From: a virus
Taxonomy: Duplodnaviria; Heunggongvirae; Uroviricota; Caudoviricetes
DNA: 47,658 nt
Direction: 5' to 3' (one strand)
Virus record (IMG/VR): IMGVR_UViG_3300023371_000089
Coordinates: 64,001-111,658 of that record
A program made the position numbers and the translations under genes. The notes beneath the pieces are model-generated. The model saw nothing but the letters and a program-made list of their open reading frames with translations. It made no database searches and was not told the DNA's origin. Shown here in pieces: positions 9,430 to 20,948 of the stretch; positions within the stretch are counted from its first letter, which is position 1; each line of letters begins with the position of its first letter.

Positions 9430-9438
9430 CTTATTAAC

Positions 9439-10881
9439 TTAGTTATTTTCACTTGGGTCAGTTGAAAACTCATTATACTTTTCAACTTCCTCAATAATTG
9501 GTACTTCTTCTCCTATTTCTTCTGCTATTTCTTCTGGAGTTGCTTGATAAAAACCTTCTTTTACATATGATTTATTTGAGGCAATCAAGTTTTTAGCTTT
9601 AATATTATCCATCACCACTGCATCCCCTTCAATGTGAGTATTACCATTAACATATAAATCCATTTCTCTCTCAACACCAAAAGTGACACCCTTAAGCGTA
9701 ACTCCAATATTAGGGAGCGAATAAAGTCTTGTCACCTCCGGCATTTCACGAAGCCCCCCACCATCTACACTAAGATATCCGTCTTGTTCAAGATATCCTA
9801 AAAGATGAAATACTTTATCATTTACAGGTTCACCATACCATCCATCAATATCCCCATCTTCCGTGGCACCTTCCTCATAATCATAATCATTTCTATCGCC
9901 TGAAACATCACCCAGTGGTACAATCTCTATTTTACTTCCACCACCAACGATAGTGGTTGGCCCATCATTATTATCATTATTATTACTATTATCGATTTTT
10001 TCATTAAGGTCATCAACGTAAGATTTAAGCCGCTCAAACTCATTTAGTAAAGTATTATACAGACCTTCTATATTACCAATACGCTGAAGAATTGTCTCTA
10101 AATCAAGTTTCGATATCTCGTCTGCCAAATCATCCACGCGCTTACTTAAAGCCTCTAAGTCTGTTTTCTTAGCATATTCTGATAAATCATTAGTATTTTC
10201 ATCCCCCTTTTCTCCCTGAGGTCCCTGAGCCCCATCTTTACCATTCCTGATTACAAACATATATTCAGGAGCATTTTTTATTACTCCTGAATTAGGGTCT
10301 TCCATCGCAGGATTATCTTCCATATATATACCATACACGTCAATATACCCCGGCATACCGGCTCGTACAGTTTCACTTGCAGCCTGATATGTCACACTAT
10401 TAATATCAACCCCATTATTATTATCATCTTTGATAGAACCAAGATAACGAGTTCCTTTAATACCAACACCCCTTAAATCAGCACAATTTTCAGAATCCAC
10501 ATTAAAATACACGTCAGCACTAAGTATATCGGCATTCCCCAAACCCTTCCAATCAGAAATTGTAGTAATTTCATTTTCCCCAATTTGAGTAAGAGCACCA
10601 TTTGTTGCGCCGGATATTTTAGCCAGCATAGCATCAAATGCGTCCTGATATGCTGCAAGCCCCCCTTCAGAATTTTTGCCAAATTTATCCTCAGCCGCAG
10701 TTCCCACAGCACGTAAAAAGTAATCGGTTAAAGGGGTGTTCGACAAGAAACCATATTCCAAACTATACTTCGCTTCAGGGTTATTTTCTGTTTTAGGCCC
10801 CGTACATGCTTCTAACTTGTATGGTGGAAGAATATATGCATATTTATTGGAGTCGAGTCTCCAAGCGTAAGTTACTGCCAT
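9439..10881 (-). CDS. Tail fibre-like protein with short collagen-like Gly-X-Y segment and coiled coil (480 aa)
   Basis: GKDGAQGPQGEKGD followed by a heptad coiled coil (LEALSKRVDDLADEISKL...). Confidence 0.7.
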   Translation of the reverse strand: MAVTYAWRLDSNKYAYILPPYKLEACTGPKTENNPEAKYSLEYGFLSNTPLTDYFLRAVGTAAEDKFGKNSEGGLAAYQDAFDAMLAKISGATNGALTQIGENEITTISDWKGLGNADILSADVYFNVDSENCADLRGVGIKGTRYLGSIKDDNNNGVDINSVTYQAASETVRAGMPGYIDVYGIYMEDNPAMEDPNSGVIKNAPEYMFVIRNGKDGAQGPQGEKGDENTNDLSEYAKKTDLEALSKRVDDLADEISKLDLETILQRIGNIEGLYNTLLNEFERLKSYVDDLNEKIDNSNNNDNNDGPTTIVGGGSKIEIVPLGDVSGDRNDYDYEEGATEDGDIDGWYGEPVNDKVFHLLGYLEQDGYLSVDGGGLREMPEVTRLYSLPNIGVTLKGVTFGVEREMDLYVNGNTHIEGDAVVMDNIKAKNLIASNKSYVKEGFYQATPEEIAEEIGEEVPIIEEVEKYNEFSTDPSENN

Positions 10882-10899
10882 TGTATTATATATTTTATC

Positions 10900-13800
10900 T
10901 TATTCGTTATTTAATATTGCTGATTGTAAATAAGTTCTATGATAACAGAATACATCCCATCCCGTCATCGGTACCTTATACTTAAATATCGTCGTTGAAG
11001 GGATTATTTGCTTAACATAATGCATTGCTGAGTCATCTATAAACTCATACATGCTGTTCGGCGCCTGTAAATCAGGGATAAATTCAATATATAACGCTTT
11101 TGTGTTTATAATTGAATTAGCCGCCGCTTCATCATCTACTGAACCACCCTCCATATTATATGGAGTCATTATTGGGTATTGCCTGCTATTGAAAAGGCCT
11201 GTCGAACCATCCCCTTCGTCCCTGCGGTCTTCATAGAAACGAGGTGAGTCTCCGATTCCAACACTCGGTACCTCATGACCCAATTCATCATATTTATTAC
11301 CCCCCACATGAGAGAGAAGTTGGAGGTTGTGAGTCATTGACAAATCAGTAAAATACCAACATTTAATATTGTCGATTTCTTTCTTCATATTAAAACCAAT
11401 TGTCTGACCACTAAGATTTTCCATACCTTCCCAATTAAAGGAATCTGTCCACGGGAGTACTCTATCATCGACATAATCGAATTCTTCGTTATCCCTTGCA
11501 GGTTTGAACATATCTTCAAAGAATACTTTATATTCTTCTCCGTCATCATATTCACCCTTACCTGAGTGAGGCGCATTTCCAAGATTGTTTTCAACAATAC
11601 TTTCAAGGTAGAAAACCTTTTGAGCATCCCTTGTCTTACCTTCTTTCAATTCTTCCTCACTGATATTCTTCCAACCACATTTTCTCGTTGGATATTTTCT
11701 CCATTTAAGGTTAGGATATCCGGGCTCGTTAGTTGGGTCATCCACAAGTTCCCCTTCTTCATTAAAATATTCCCCATCATTTTCAATGGTCATATTACCA
11801 TTTTCATCCCTGATAACACCCAAAACCTCATCATATGCCGTATCCTTAAGGATGAAATAATGAGACATTGTTGGTTGGGGTTCCTCTCCTATAAGTCCCC
11901 AATCATACTTATCTTGTTCAGTAATGTCATATACATAATAGACATCATTAGTCTTAGGGTATTCACCCACGATATTCAGAAGGTCAGAAATCTTATCTTG
12001 AAACCTGAGATATTTAACACCTTCATCATAAACTTTCAATTCCTCTGTGGTTTCAATGTAGACATCACCATATTCAGGAACTGTGGTTGTCTTTATCTCC
12101 GTAAGCCCCCACCCACCTTTGGATTCAAAATAAATGTCTGTATCATAATCTTTATTGCGGTCAAACCAAGGTATTAGATAATTGGCTTCTTTACTTTCAT
12201 ACCCAACTGTTATGCCTTCCACAATTTTACCATCATGGTAAGCAATACCCGTTTTAATTGGTTCTTGCGTCATTGTCACAACCTCACGAACAGGTAACCC
12301 CTGAAAATCATCAGCATTATCGGAATCAAACGATACTTTTGTTGAGTTTACGCCTCTTACCAAATCTGCAGCCCCCTCTTTATATAAAAGGCTATCTTCA
12401 TCAGCAACATAAACATACTCAGTTATGTCATATACATTCCTTAAAATATCCTTTCTCTCATCCTCAGTCATATCAGCCCAATGTACAGTTTTCACCACCC
12501 CATTTCTGAAAATATCATGGAACGAATGTTCCACAAAATTAAGAGAGTGATATCCAAAAAGAGCAAGAACCATTTCAATTGACCTTTTAGTTCCCTTTGC
12601 CGAAAGAATTGCACCTGAATTTAAAAGAAGGCGTCTATAAAATTCATAATTGGCATCCTGAACTGTATATCCTGTCGTATGACTCGGATAAAGCGCCGAA
12701 GTTTCATATTTGCTTAATTTGGTAGGGACAGGAATACGAACATCCCATCCATAGTTAGTAAGGCTATCAGACAGGAACATGTCAGGGTTGTTGTTCGCCT
12801 CATCATAGGTGGTAGCATTCGCATAGGAAACACCATCTATATATCTCTTCAATTCATCAAATTCCCTACCGACAACATGCATAAAAGCCTTTATTCTCTG
12901 TGAATTAGGAGAATCATATTCTTCAGACACGCCATCTTTGTTGACTTTTGTTAATGTCCAATCATATGCAACAATCGCCTCATGGGTCATTGACCGCCAT
13001 ATATTATTTGTGTAGTATTCATCATAAAATTTGGCAATGTTCAACAACGATTCCAAATATTCTTTATAACGTACACTTGAAATATCTATATTCCAATCAC
13101 CATTACCAGTTTTCGGCCACGCATAAGCCTTACGATAACTCACATTTCCCCTGTTGGTCTCCATAGGCGTATCTAATAGTATTGAATACCCTGTCTTCCT
13201 ATTAAGAATTGCTGCCTGAAAATCGTCAAGGTCGTTAAAAAACTTATTTATCACCTTATTCTTAGGACGAATCGAAACATTTTGATATGTGCCATCATGG
13301 AAAAGGCGTTTCTCCCCATTAATATTGTAATAATAAAGAATTACATGGTTATTTCCATCGAAAGGGGCGCCAAGGTCTATGATTGACAATAATGTACCAT
13401 TCATAGTGCAATCATTTCCACCCATGAGGTTTCGAGTCCATGTAAGCGGTCCCATCTGTGAACCATTATGGATTACATAATCCTCATAAGAACTACTGAA
13501 AATTCGTAAAGGTTCATCAATTTTCTCATCAGGAAAAACAATCGCATCCATGTTTATATTAAATGGATTGTCCACATTGTATAATCGTCTTCCATCAAAA
13601 TCCACATGAGTATCCATAAGATAAATCTCACCGGGGAAATGATTGATTATCCCACGCACTGATGATTCCACCAATTTTTCAGCAGAGCCATAATAAGCAA
13701 AATCAAGAAGTGATGTATAATTTGGCTTTAAGAGTGTTCTTGAAAAGTTTGTAGTTGCGAGGGTTTCATCCTCACCCATACATTTAAGTGACCAATATGT

Positions 13801-14049
13801 ACTAACGGTATCACATGACTCATTTTTAAGCCACGAACCATACTGATGTTTCTTTTTGAGATTGATTCCATCATCAATAACCATTTTGAAACCGTTAAGC
13901 CCATATGCAGGAAGACTTCCCGGTGCATATGTGTTCAAGTCGGAAATGGTCATCCAATCCCTTTCATAGATATTTCCAATATTTGTTGACTGATGCAATT
14001 GTTTTATTGTATAATTGCTTCGAGTCTTCATGAAACGGTTTCTTGCCAT
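10900..14049 (-). CDS. Baseplate wedge protein (P2 gpI / T4 gp7-like position) (1049 aa)
   Basis: FYRRLLLNSGAILSAKGTKRSIEMVLALFG matches the KGT..i..l..lfG motif of tail protein I-like wedge subunits. Lies in the baseplate cluster. Confidence 0.6.
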   Translation of the reverse strand: MARNRFMKTRSNYTIKQLHQSTNIGNIYERDWMTISDLNTYAPGSLPAYGLNGFKMVIDDGINLKKKHQYGSWLKNESCDTVSTYWSLKCMGEDETLATTNFSRTLLKPNYTSLLDFAYYGSAEKLVESSVRGIINHFPGEIYLMDTHVDFDGRRLYNVDNPFNINMDAIVFPDEKIDEPLRIFSSSYEDYVIHNGSQMGPLTWTRNLMGGNDCTMNGTLLSIIDLGAPFDGNNHVILYYYNINGEKRLFHDGTYQNVSIRPKNKVINKFFNDLDDFQAAILNRKTGYSILLDTPMETNRGNVSYRKAYAWPKTGNGDWNIDISSVRYKEYLESLLNIAKFYDEYYTNNIWRSMTHEAIVAYDWTLTKVNKDGVSEEYDSPNSQRIKAFMHVVGREFDELKRYIDGVSYANATTYDEANNNPDMFLSDSLTNYGWDVRIPVPTKLSKYETSALYPSHTTGYTVQDANYEFYRRLLLNSGAILSAKGTKRSIEMVLALFGYHSLNFVEHSFHDIFRNGVVKTVHWADMTEDERKDILRNVYDITEYVYVADEDSLLYKEGAADLVRGVNSTKVSFDSDNADDFQGLPVREVVTMTQEPIKTGIAYHDGKIVEGITVGYESKEANYLIPWFDRNKDYDTDIYFESKGGWGLTEIKTTTVPEYGDVYIETTEELKVYDEGVKYLRFQDKISDLLNIVGEYPKTNDVYYVYDITEQDKYDWGLIGEEPQPTMSHYFILKDTAYDEVLGVIRDENGNMTIENDGEYFNEEGELVDDPTNEPGYPNLKWRKYPTRKCGWKNISEEELKEGKTRDAQKVFYLESIVENNLGNAPHSGKGEYDDGEEYKVFFEDMFKPARDNEEFDYVDDRVLPWTDSFNWEGMENLSGQTIGFNMKKEIDNIKCWYFTDLSMTHNLQLLSHVGGNKYDELGHEVPSVGIGDSPRFYEDRRDEGDGSTGLFNSRQYPIMTPYNMEGGSVDDEAAANSIINTKALYIEFIPDLQAPNSMYEFIDDSAMHYVKQIIPSTTIFKYKVPMTGWDVFCYHRTYLQSAILNNE

Positions 14050-14921
14050 TACTCTTCGGCTTCAATTATGTTATTATAATTCTGTGAGGTATCCACACTG
14101 TTTTTATTAAGTTTAATATCATAAAGAGGTTTACCAAGCCTTGTTTTAACAGTATAAGTCTCATACTGTTTGTAGATTTCATGGTCATTGTTATAAACAG
14201 TAAACGTACCATTGTCAAGATTACGCACTTGGTCGCCTTCCAACATATATGAAAGAGTCTCAGCATCATGGTCAACCATTTCTATTTCAAACATAACAGG
14301 ATTAAACTTAGTGTTGGAAATACGTACAACCTGTCCCGCTTCGCCAATACTTGGCATGAGGTTAGCAGTAAAACCATTTGCTGTTGAAGGGGTTACTGTA
14401 CAAAAAATCAATTTACCATTGCTCGAACCCGCATTTCCTGAATTGGTATATAGAGCAAATTTAGTTTGCCCTGCAGTAGGCACAACATAGCATTTATTAC
14501 TCGACGTTATTATACGTGTGAATTCTTCTTCAACATCTCCATACTGTATTCTATAACCTACCAAAGCATTATCAACATTAAGGCTTGAATCAAGTTTATC
14601 AGCCTCAAAAATAACACCACGAATATCAGAATAATTCTGAAGACTTGAAACTGCATAAATTGGGATTTCTATTTCCTTTGGCTTAATATAAATGGTATAT
14701 ATTCCCTTACTACCGAAAATAGATAACGGAAGTTTCATGTTATAAAGGCCATCAATATTTACCATGCCATCAGTTGTTGCCTTAATAAGATTAGATGTAT
14801 CCAATTTCTTGAAAGTAGTTGTACTATCATAACTCCTATCAGGTTTATAACTATAGAAAATCTCAACATCCTTATTGATGTTGATATTTGCAGGTTTTAC
14901 TGTTCCATATATTCCACTCAT
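14049..14921 (-). CDS. Conserved virion/baseplate-cluster hypothetical protein (290 aa)
   Basis: Open ORF with 1-nt TAATG overlap to the next gene. Confidence 0.75.
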   Translation of the reverse strand: MSGIYGTVKPANININKDVEIFYSYKPDRSYDSTTTFKKLDTSNLIKATTDGMVNIDGLYNMKLPLSIFGSKGIYTIYIKPKEIEIPIYAVSSLQNYSDIRGVIFEADKLDSSLNVDNALVGYRIQYGDVEEEFTRIITSSNKCYVVPTAGQTKFALYTNSGNAGSSNGKLIFCTVTPSTANGFTANLMPSIGEAGQVVRISNTKFNPVMFEIEMVDHDAETLSYMLEGDQVRNLDNGTFTVYNNDHEIYKQYETYTVKTRLGKPLYDIKLNKNSVDTSQNYNNIIEAEE

Positions 14922-14926
14922 ATCTC

Positions 14927-16567
14927 CTAAAGTCCAAAAATATTATTCGAATAATTTTCAATATCACTCATTGTATTAACTTCCCCCATTTTATAATGAA
15001 GTTCAAAAGCCGATATGAATCCCCTATCAATAACCACATCATCAACATTTTCTATCAACGTTTCAGACCTACCAAAATTATAGTCTTCCATTATAATGAT
15101 GTTGTTTGATATATCCTCCGTATTTCCCGTATAAGGTATAATCTTATCCTCATTATCAGAGTTTTTACTAGTATTAGTATAAAAACTAATCGTAGCAATA
15201 CCATCATCAGGGATATCATAAATTTTAACTTCTTTACTACCACTTATTAAGGTTTTATCATTGAAAGCATTGACCTCGACACCATTTTTAAGCATTATAT
15301 ATCGTCTTTCAGGGTCATTGCTGTAATCATACATGCGAAAAGGTATTTCCTCTACATATACAACACCCTCTATCATCTCACCACGTTCAAAACCATCTTC
15401 ATCAAAACTCCAAATCTTTGTTGTATCATCATAATGAAGCCTGCCACCAATTACATATTTGATAATATCTGTAGTTTCACCTGTCTGAATATCAAAAATC
15501 ATATCCCCATATATCACCACCTCATCATCAATTATTTCAGTGGAAGTGTTTTTTGGATAACCAATCATATAAGGATTTGTCATTGTCAAACTCTCTCCAT
15601 CCTCATTTTCAAGTAATACAACAGGTAATTCTTCATCAAAAGTAATTCCATCAACCGTTCTTTCGCAATAACTTACCTTACTATGGCGAAGATACTTAAG
15701 TTTACTTGGTTCAGTGATTGTGTGTTTTATAATGTATCTATCTTTCTCCTCCTTATCCGAGATAACATCAGTCACTGTATAAATACCAATATTATGAAAA
15801 TCAGCGTTTAGTGATAACGACAAAACCATTTCAGGAGAAACAGGTTCACCATTAGTAAGATAAAGGGATTTCTTCCAATAGTCAATTTCTTCAGAAATTC
15901 CAAGTTTTTTCCCGCCAAGATAAGTTAAAAATGAATCGCCCCCATACATTTCATAATCATTAACAGCACAACAATCCTCTCCTCTTTTCATCTCCCTCAA
16001 CATCTCGATATATGCAGGGACCTCAGTATAATACATCATCTCAGGAACATAATTATCCCCAAGATATTTAGAATCAACGATGAATATACCAAAAGCCTTT
16101 AAAATAAACTCAAGCATCATCACCCCACCGTTTTCTTCAAACGTCGAATCCCCATAAAGGCCATAAAGATTATCATCATAATCCCCTCCGGCCGGATAAA
16201 CAGGAATCTTATGTTTTTCACTCCAATCAGGGATATAAGGAATTTTCAACTCTTCACCATTTTTTGTTATTTTCTGATAATAAACAGCATTATTCATTAC
16301 CCTCCTTAGAACCCTATATTTCTTAACAATATCATTAAATGATATCCTTGCAGCCTTGTCATCTTCAGTATATCCAAAATAAACTTTCAGATTTTCAAAA
16401 CCCGAGCAACGGCAAACATCTATGTCATAAGGGTATTCACCCCAATTCCCATGGTCGGGGAATACAGGCATCCCCATCTCGTTGTATTCAATTCCAACAA
16501 ACGGGATAAAACTATGCTGCCTACTCTTAAAATTTTCGGTAGATATTTGTCTTTCAATTACCTCCAT
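14927..16567 (-). CDS. Hypothetical structural-cluster protein (546 aa)
   Basis: Long ORF coupled to neighbours; acidic, Tyr/Gly-rich. Confidence 0.75.
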   Translation of the reverse strand: MEVIERQISTENFKSRQHSFIPFVGIEYNEMGMPVFPDHGNWGEYPYDIDVCRCSGFENLKVYFGYTEDDKAARISFNDIVKKYRVLRRVMNNAVYYQKITKNGEELKIPYIPDWSEKHKIPVYPAGGDYDDNLYGLYGDSTFEENGGVMMLEFILKAFGIFIVDSKYLGDNYVPEMMYYTEVPAYIEMLREMKRGEDCCAVNDYEMYGGDSFLTYLGGKKLGISEEIDYWKKSLYLTNGEPVSPEMVLSLSLNADFHNIGIYTVTDVISDKEEKDRYIIKHTITEPSKLKYLRHSKVSYCERTVDGITFDEELPVVLLENEDGESLTMTNPYMIGYPKNTSTEIIDDEVVIYGDMIFDIQTGETTDIIKYVIGGRLHYDDTTKIWSFDEDGFERGEMIEGVVYVEEIPFRMYDYSNDPERRYIMLKNGVEVNAFNDKTLISGSKEVKIYDIPDDGIATISFYTNTSKNSDNEDKIIPYTGNTEDISNNIIIMEDYNFGRSETLIENVDDVVIDRGFISAFELHYKMGEVNTMSDIENYSNNIFGL

Positions 16568-18192
16568 TAGGATATTCCTTTTATTCTTGGTTCAAATAAA
16601 TTCAAAACTATCTTACCATCATTGTCATCAGCAAATGGGAAATGATAAACGTATTGTTTCAATCTCTTATCAAACCATATTTCAAGAGGGATGAGAATTG
16701 CATTCTGATAACCCTCAAAATCAAAATCTGTCAACATATTACCATTCCCATCATCAACAACCGGTGTAAAATTCATTGGGAATCCTGCATCTGTTGCTAA
16801 AATAATCTTCCCTTTCTCATCACGTGGAAGCATCATAGGTACTGTTTTTCCATAACCTGCATGATTAAATTCCACTTTCATATAAATAGTTCGAGGAATA
16901 CTTTCCCCTTCAATTTCAGACGGGAAAAGATAAAGATAAAAACCCTCACTTGATTTCTCTGACAAATATTTTCCCTTTACTGAGAATCTTGCACTAAGTC
17001 TCAAATCGTCTTCTGTTCTACCTGAGTCAAATATTGGTAAACCTTTCAATGAAATGGCATTATAAGTACGATAAAGTTCACCTGCATCAAGAAAAATTGT
17101 CGAATACCCCAACAATTCTTTTTTCAACATTTCTTTCGATGAATAAAACATAAGACGTATAAATGATTTTTTCACTTTCATCTTACTAAACCTAATATCA
17201 TCGGCTGTAAAACCAAGAACATCAAGTTCATCAGCATATGTGTCATCGAAACCATTCGTTGTATATCTAAGAACATCATCAGTTTCAGTTTCAGTATCCC
17301 CTCCCTTTCTAATTTCAAGTCCATTCCAAAGTTGTTCATCTGTCGTTCTCCACCCCTCACGAATAACTCTATTAGTAGCATCGCTATCAAATCTATTTCT
17401 GAAATGAAGATTAAACTCAATTTCGTTTACCGGTTTATATCTTTCACCTATAATAGATGTCGCATTCGAATATCGAATAACAGGTATAAATTGTTGTTTT
17501 TCATTATCCACAATCTCAGGCACAATAGTGCTTTTTACTGCTTCAAAATACCCATTTAAAATTGCTTGTTCATCATTAAGGCGATATGATGGTTCATGTG
17601 TTAAAGGGAGGGACAACTCCATGCCCAAAACATTCTCCTGAAAAACAATATCAGTATTAAAGCCATCTTCATTAATGAACCAATCATTCTTAATGTCAAC
17701 AAATCCACGGCCCACAAACCCAATTGGTCTTGAACACATTATCGTTCGGGACGCCGCATCTTCTTCATTTGTGGGGTCCCTGTTTTCATCATAAGAAATG
17801 TATACTCCGCCATTAAAAACCTCTCCCAAATATCTCAAAGACAAATTTTTAACATCTTTAACAACCGTATGTAAATTATCTTCAAGAAGTTCAATCAACG
17901 CATTTTCATTTGCAGCGCCAAAATTCTCAACTTGCAATGTTAAATACTCAGGAATATACACAACAAAACTCTTTTCATCCCTTACAACATAATTATATGT
18001 TTTTTCAATGGGACGAAAGCCTTTATCATAATAAAGGCAAAGTGCCCCCTCATCAGGCAAATTATGTTTTCCCACACATGTAACAACAATAGGTAACAAC
18101 CCATCTTCACCAACAGGCAAAATATCAGCAGTCAAATACTCTATTGGTCTTCTTTGTGCTTTTATATTTCTATTAATTACTAAAGTTCGCAT
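16567..18192 (-). CDS. Hypothetical structural-cluster protein (541 aa)
   Basis: Long ORF overlapping both neighbours. Confidence 0.75.
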   Translation of the reverse strand: MRTLVINRNIKAQRRPIEYLTADILPVGEDGLLPIVVTCVGKHNLPDEGALCLYYDKGFRPIEKTYNYVVRDEKSFVVYIPEYLTLQVENFGAANENALIELLEDNLHTVVKDVKNLSLRYLGEVFNGGVYISYDENRDPTNEEDAASRTIMCSRPIGFVGRGFVDIKNDWFINEDGFNTDIVFQENVLGMELSLPLTHEPSYRLNDEQAILNGYFEAVKSTIVPEIVDNEKQQFIPVIRYSNATSIIGERYKPVNEIEFNLHFRNRFDSDATNRVIREGWRTTDEQLWNGLEIRKGGDTETETDDVLRYTTNGFDDTYADELDVLGFTADDIRFSKMKVKKSFIRLMFYSSKEMLKKELLGYSTIFLDAGELYRTYNAISLKGLPIFDSGRTEDDLRLSARFSVKGKYLSEKSSEGFYLYLFPSEIEGESIPRTIYMKVEFNHAGYGKTVPMMLPRDEKGKIILATDAGFPMNFTPVVDDGNGNMLTDFDFEGYQNAILIPLEIWFDKRLKQYVYHFPFADDNDGKIVLNLFEPRIKGIS

Positions 18193-20947
18193 GATGAATT
18201 ATCTTCTACCATCTTATAATCAACATCAGGTAAATCTTTCTTAAGTCCCGAAACAACAAAATTAGCATAATCCTGAACTCTGTCATAAGTGTATTGAACG
18301 CCAAAACGTCCATCAGGGTCCTGTCTACGTACATAAAATCCAATGTTATTATTCATGTATATTGCACCATTGGAAAAAACACGGTTATAAATGTCTGAAT
18401 TTTGTGTCAATTCACTATCAGGTATAATCTCCCTCCACACTCTTTTTCCCGTTCCATCCGCAAGATAATTCGCATATTCAGGAACAGACTTATTTCGAAT
18501 ATATACCCTCCAAGGTTTTAAATTTTTCAATGTTTTACATGAAAATACAATTTTTCTACCCTCCGATTTTGGTGATACAACACATTCTTTATACTCTTTG
18601 TTTGGATAAAGAAGAACAATAACATCATCAGTAGTCAGATGGTATTCTGTGGCAGCGCTTATTTCATAATAGAGTCCATCCTCCGAACGTCTAATTTTGT
18701 CTCCATTAGAAAACGGAACAACAGGTATCTGAAGGTCAAAGTCTTTAGACAATAATGGTGAAAATTCACGCAATTTAACTCTATGATGAGCTTTATAAAA
18801 ATATCCCTCAGGGACAAAGCCATCACAATACACATTATTTTTTTCATTATATCGAAGACCTTGCATTTGTGTGACACTAAACTCAGCCAATGTATTTTCA
18901 GTCGCAGATTTACCCAAACTATCAGTAAAATCATTATCATCATATTCAAGTTCATCATAAACCATTTTATATAATGACACAGGAAACATCTTATTTGATG
19001 GTGTATATTTAACATTTCCCTTTGTGCAGTATTGAAACGATGATGAACAGTTTCCAAAATAACCTCTTCAAGTGTAAATGGAGAAAACTCCACAAAATCA
19101 CCACAAAAAATATTATCATATCCATCACCCGCAACAATATTCCTTTCAAGCGCCATTGGTTGTGAATAAGGTATACCCATAGATTCATGACCCGGGAATT
19201 CATAATTAGTTTCCATTATCCCATACAACATTCTTGCGTTATAATTCTTTAAAAGGTCATAATCCATGTGTTCGTTTTCCCCAATTTCAAAATCAAAGCC
19301 TGAAGTAACCTCTCCAAAACAATGAGAAAACTCAACATAACTTGGACTTGTCATTCCGGACATATACCATTCAATATAACCCTGATTTCGTTTTATAAAA
19401 GTAAGAAATACCTCAGTAATTTCACGCCCCATATGGTCTTTCAACCCCGAAATATCAACATCATCAGAATAAATAATTTGAGCAACAGGGTCCCCATATA
19501 TCGTCTTAGCAAAACCTGCTTTATTTATTGTCGACCTCAATGAACTTATACTCTTGAAATCCCTGATATAATACTCACATTGTTTTCCATTTATTGTCTT
19601 AGCAACAAAAATATTTGATGGTATTCTTATACATTCAATGGTATTACCAATAACATAATTCGTTTCTTCACCCCATCCATCTGCAAGGTCATCATATGAT
19701 ATCGCAAAATAATATTTTTTCATTTCACCATTAACATCACCAAGTGACATGACCCTACACGAAAAACTCTCCTTACCATCCGCATAAAGCACAACCATAT
19801 CACCTTCCTTAAGACCGTGTTTCGCTTTAGTTCTAAAATGTATTGAACGAGTTTCTCTTGTAATAAGATAATCATAAGTTTGTCCCTTCTTTTCCTGAAG
19901 AAAATTTGTCGAACTACCTTTCATTTTCAACGATTCTGTCGTATGCCATATGACCCTTAAGCCCTTATCTTTCTCAAAGAAATCATAAGGTTTACCATTA
20001 TCATCAACATAGCGTTTCCTGTAAGGATAAGTTATCCTCCAATCCCAATTATACTCTTCACGGTTATTATACTTCTTGTTTATCTTAGGAAGAAGAGAGA
20101 AAAGGGTTCTATCAGGGTACATGTCAACGAATTCACAGGCACCTCTATTATTTAAAACCTTATTAATCGTTATATCAACCGATTCCCCATCTTTATAAAT
20201 CGTACAATTAGGTTCATTAGCATAAGCCTTATTATAAAACCCCAACCAACCATTTTCTTCCTTAAGTTTAGCCATAAATGCGTTTTGAAATGACATGATA
20301 TTGGAGTGATTATACAAATGGCTCGGTCTATCTTTTGTCTGTGCGGTTGGACTCCCTCCCCCAGGTATTTCTCTCTTATGTGTTGCTATCTCACCATCGC
20401 CATATACCAAATAATCTTCAATGGTATTAAATACATTTTCATTTGATATTATTTTCCCATCAATTTTACTTTCGCCTCGTCTAATAGCAAAATAACCTTT
20501 TCCTCTAAACTGATGATTATTGAAGATATCCAATCCACAATAATAAGTAAAATTACCAAGGTCTGGATGGGAATATTCGGTATCTCGTATTGCTTCATAA
20601 CGAGTTATACCCTGCCCAATGGGGTACTTTCTTATACCCCTATCCCAATCTCCTGATTTGGCCAACCCACTGTCACCAAGTATGAAAGATTTTGTGGAAC
20701 CCTCTTCAGACACAATTTCAGTAAACATATTGAAAAGGATATTAGTCATGTAAGGGCTTACGGTGAAAAATAATTTATATTTTCTCGTCGAATTTCGTTC
20801 GTTCAAATATATTTCATATTGATTAATTGTTCCCGAAACATTACCCCCTGTAAACAAAGACTGCTTTGTTGATAATTTGATTGGTACAGAATTCTCAACA
20901 TTAATATTGTTTTGCCCGTTGGCACTATTTAATAAAATCTTTTGCAT
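18180..20947 (-). pseudogene. Frameshifted ~922-aa structural-cluster gene (track ORFs 18659..20947 and 18180..18989 look like one gene)
   Basis: The first frame reads naturally to ...HHRFNTAQREML, then becomes Met/Ile/Leu-rich shadow-frame sequence. The -1 frame reads KYTPSNKMFPVSLYKMVYDELEYDD from 19010. One extra A in ATG TTA AAT AT would fuse them. Confidence 0.65.
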
Positions 20948-20948
20948 C

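Noticed and set aside
14924-14928. AGGAG Shine-Dalgarno before the 14921 gene
   Set aside because: Only 2 nt from the ATG and overlapping the upstream TAG stop; too close to function.
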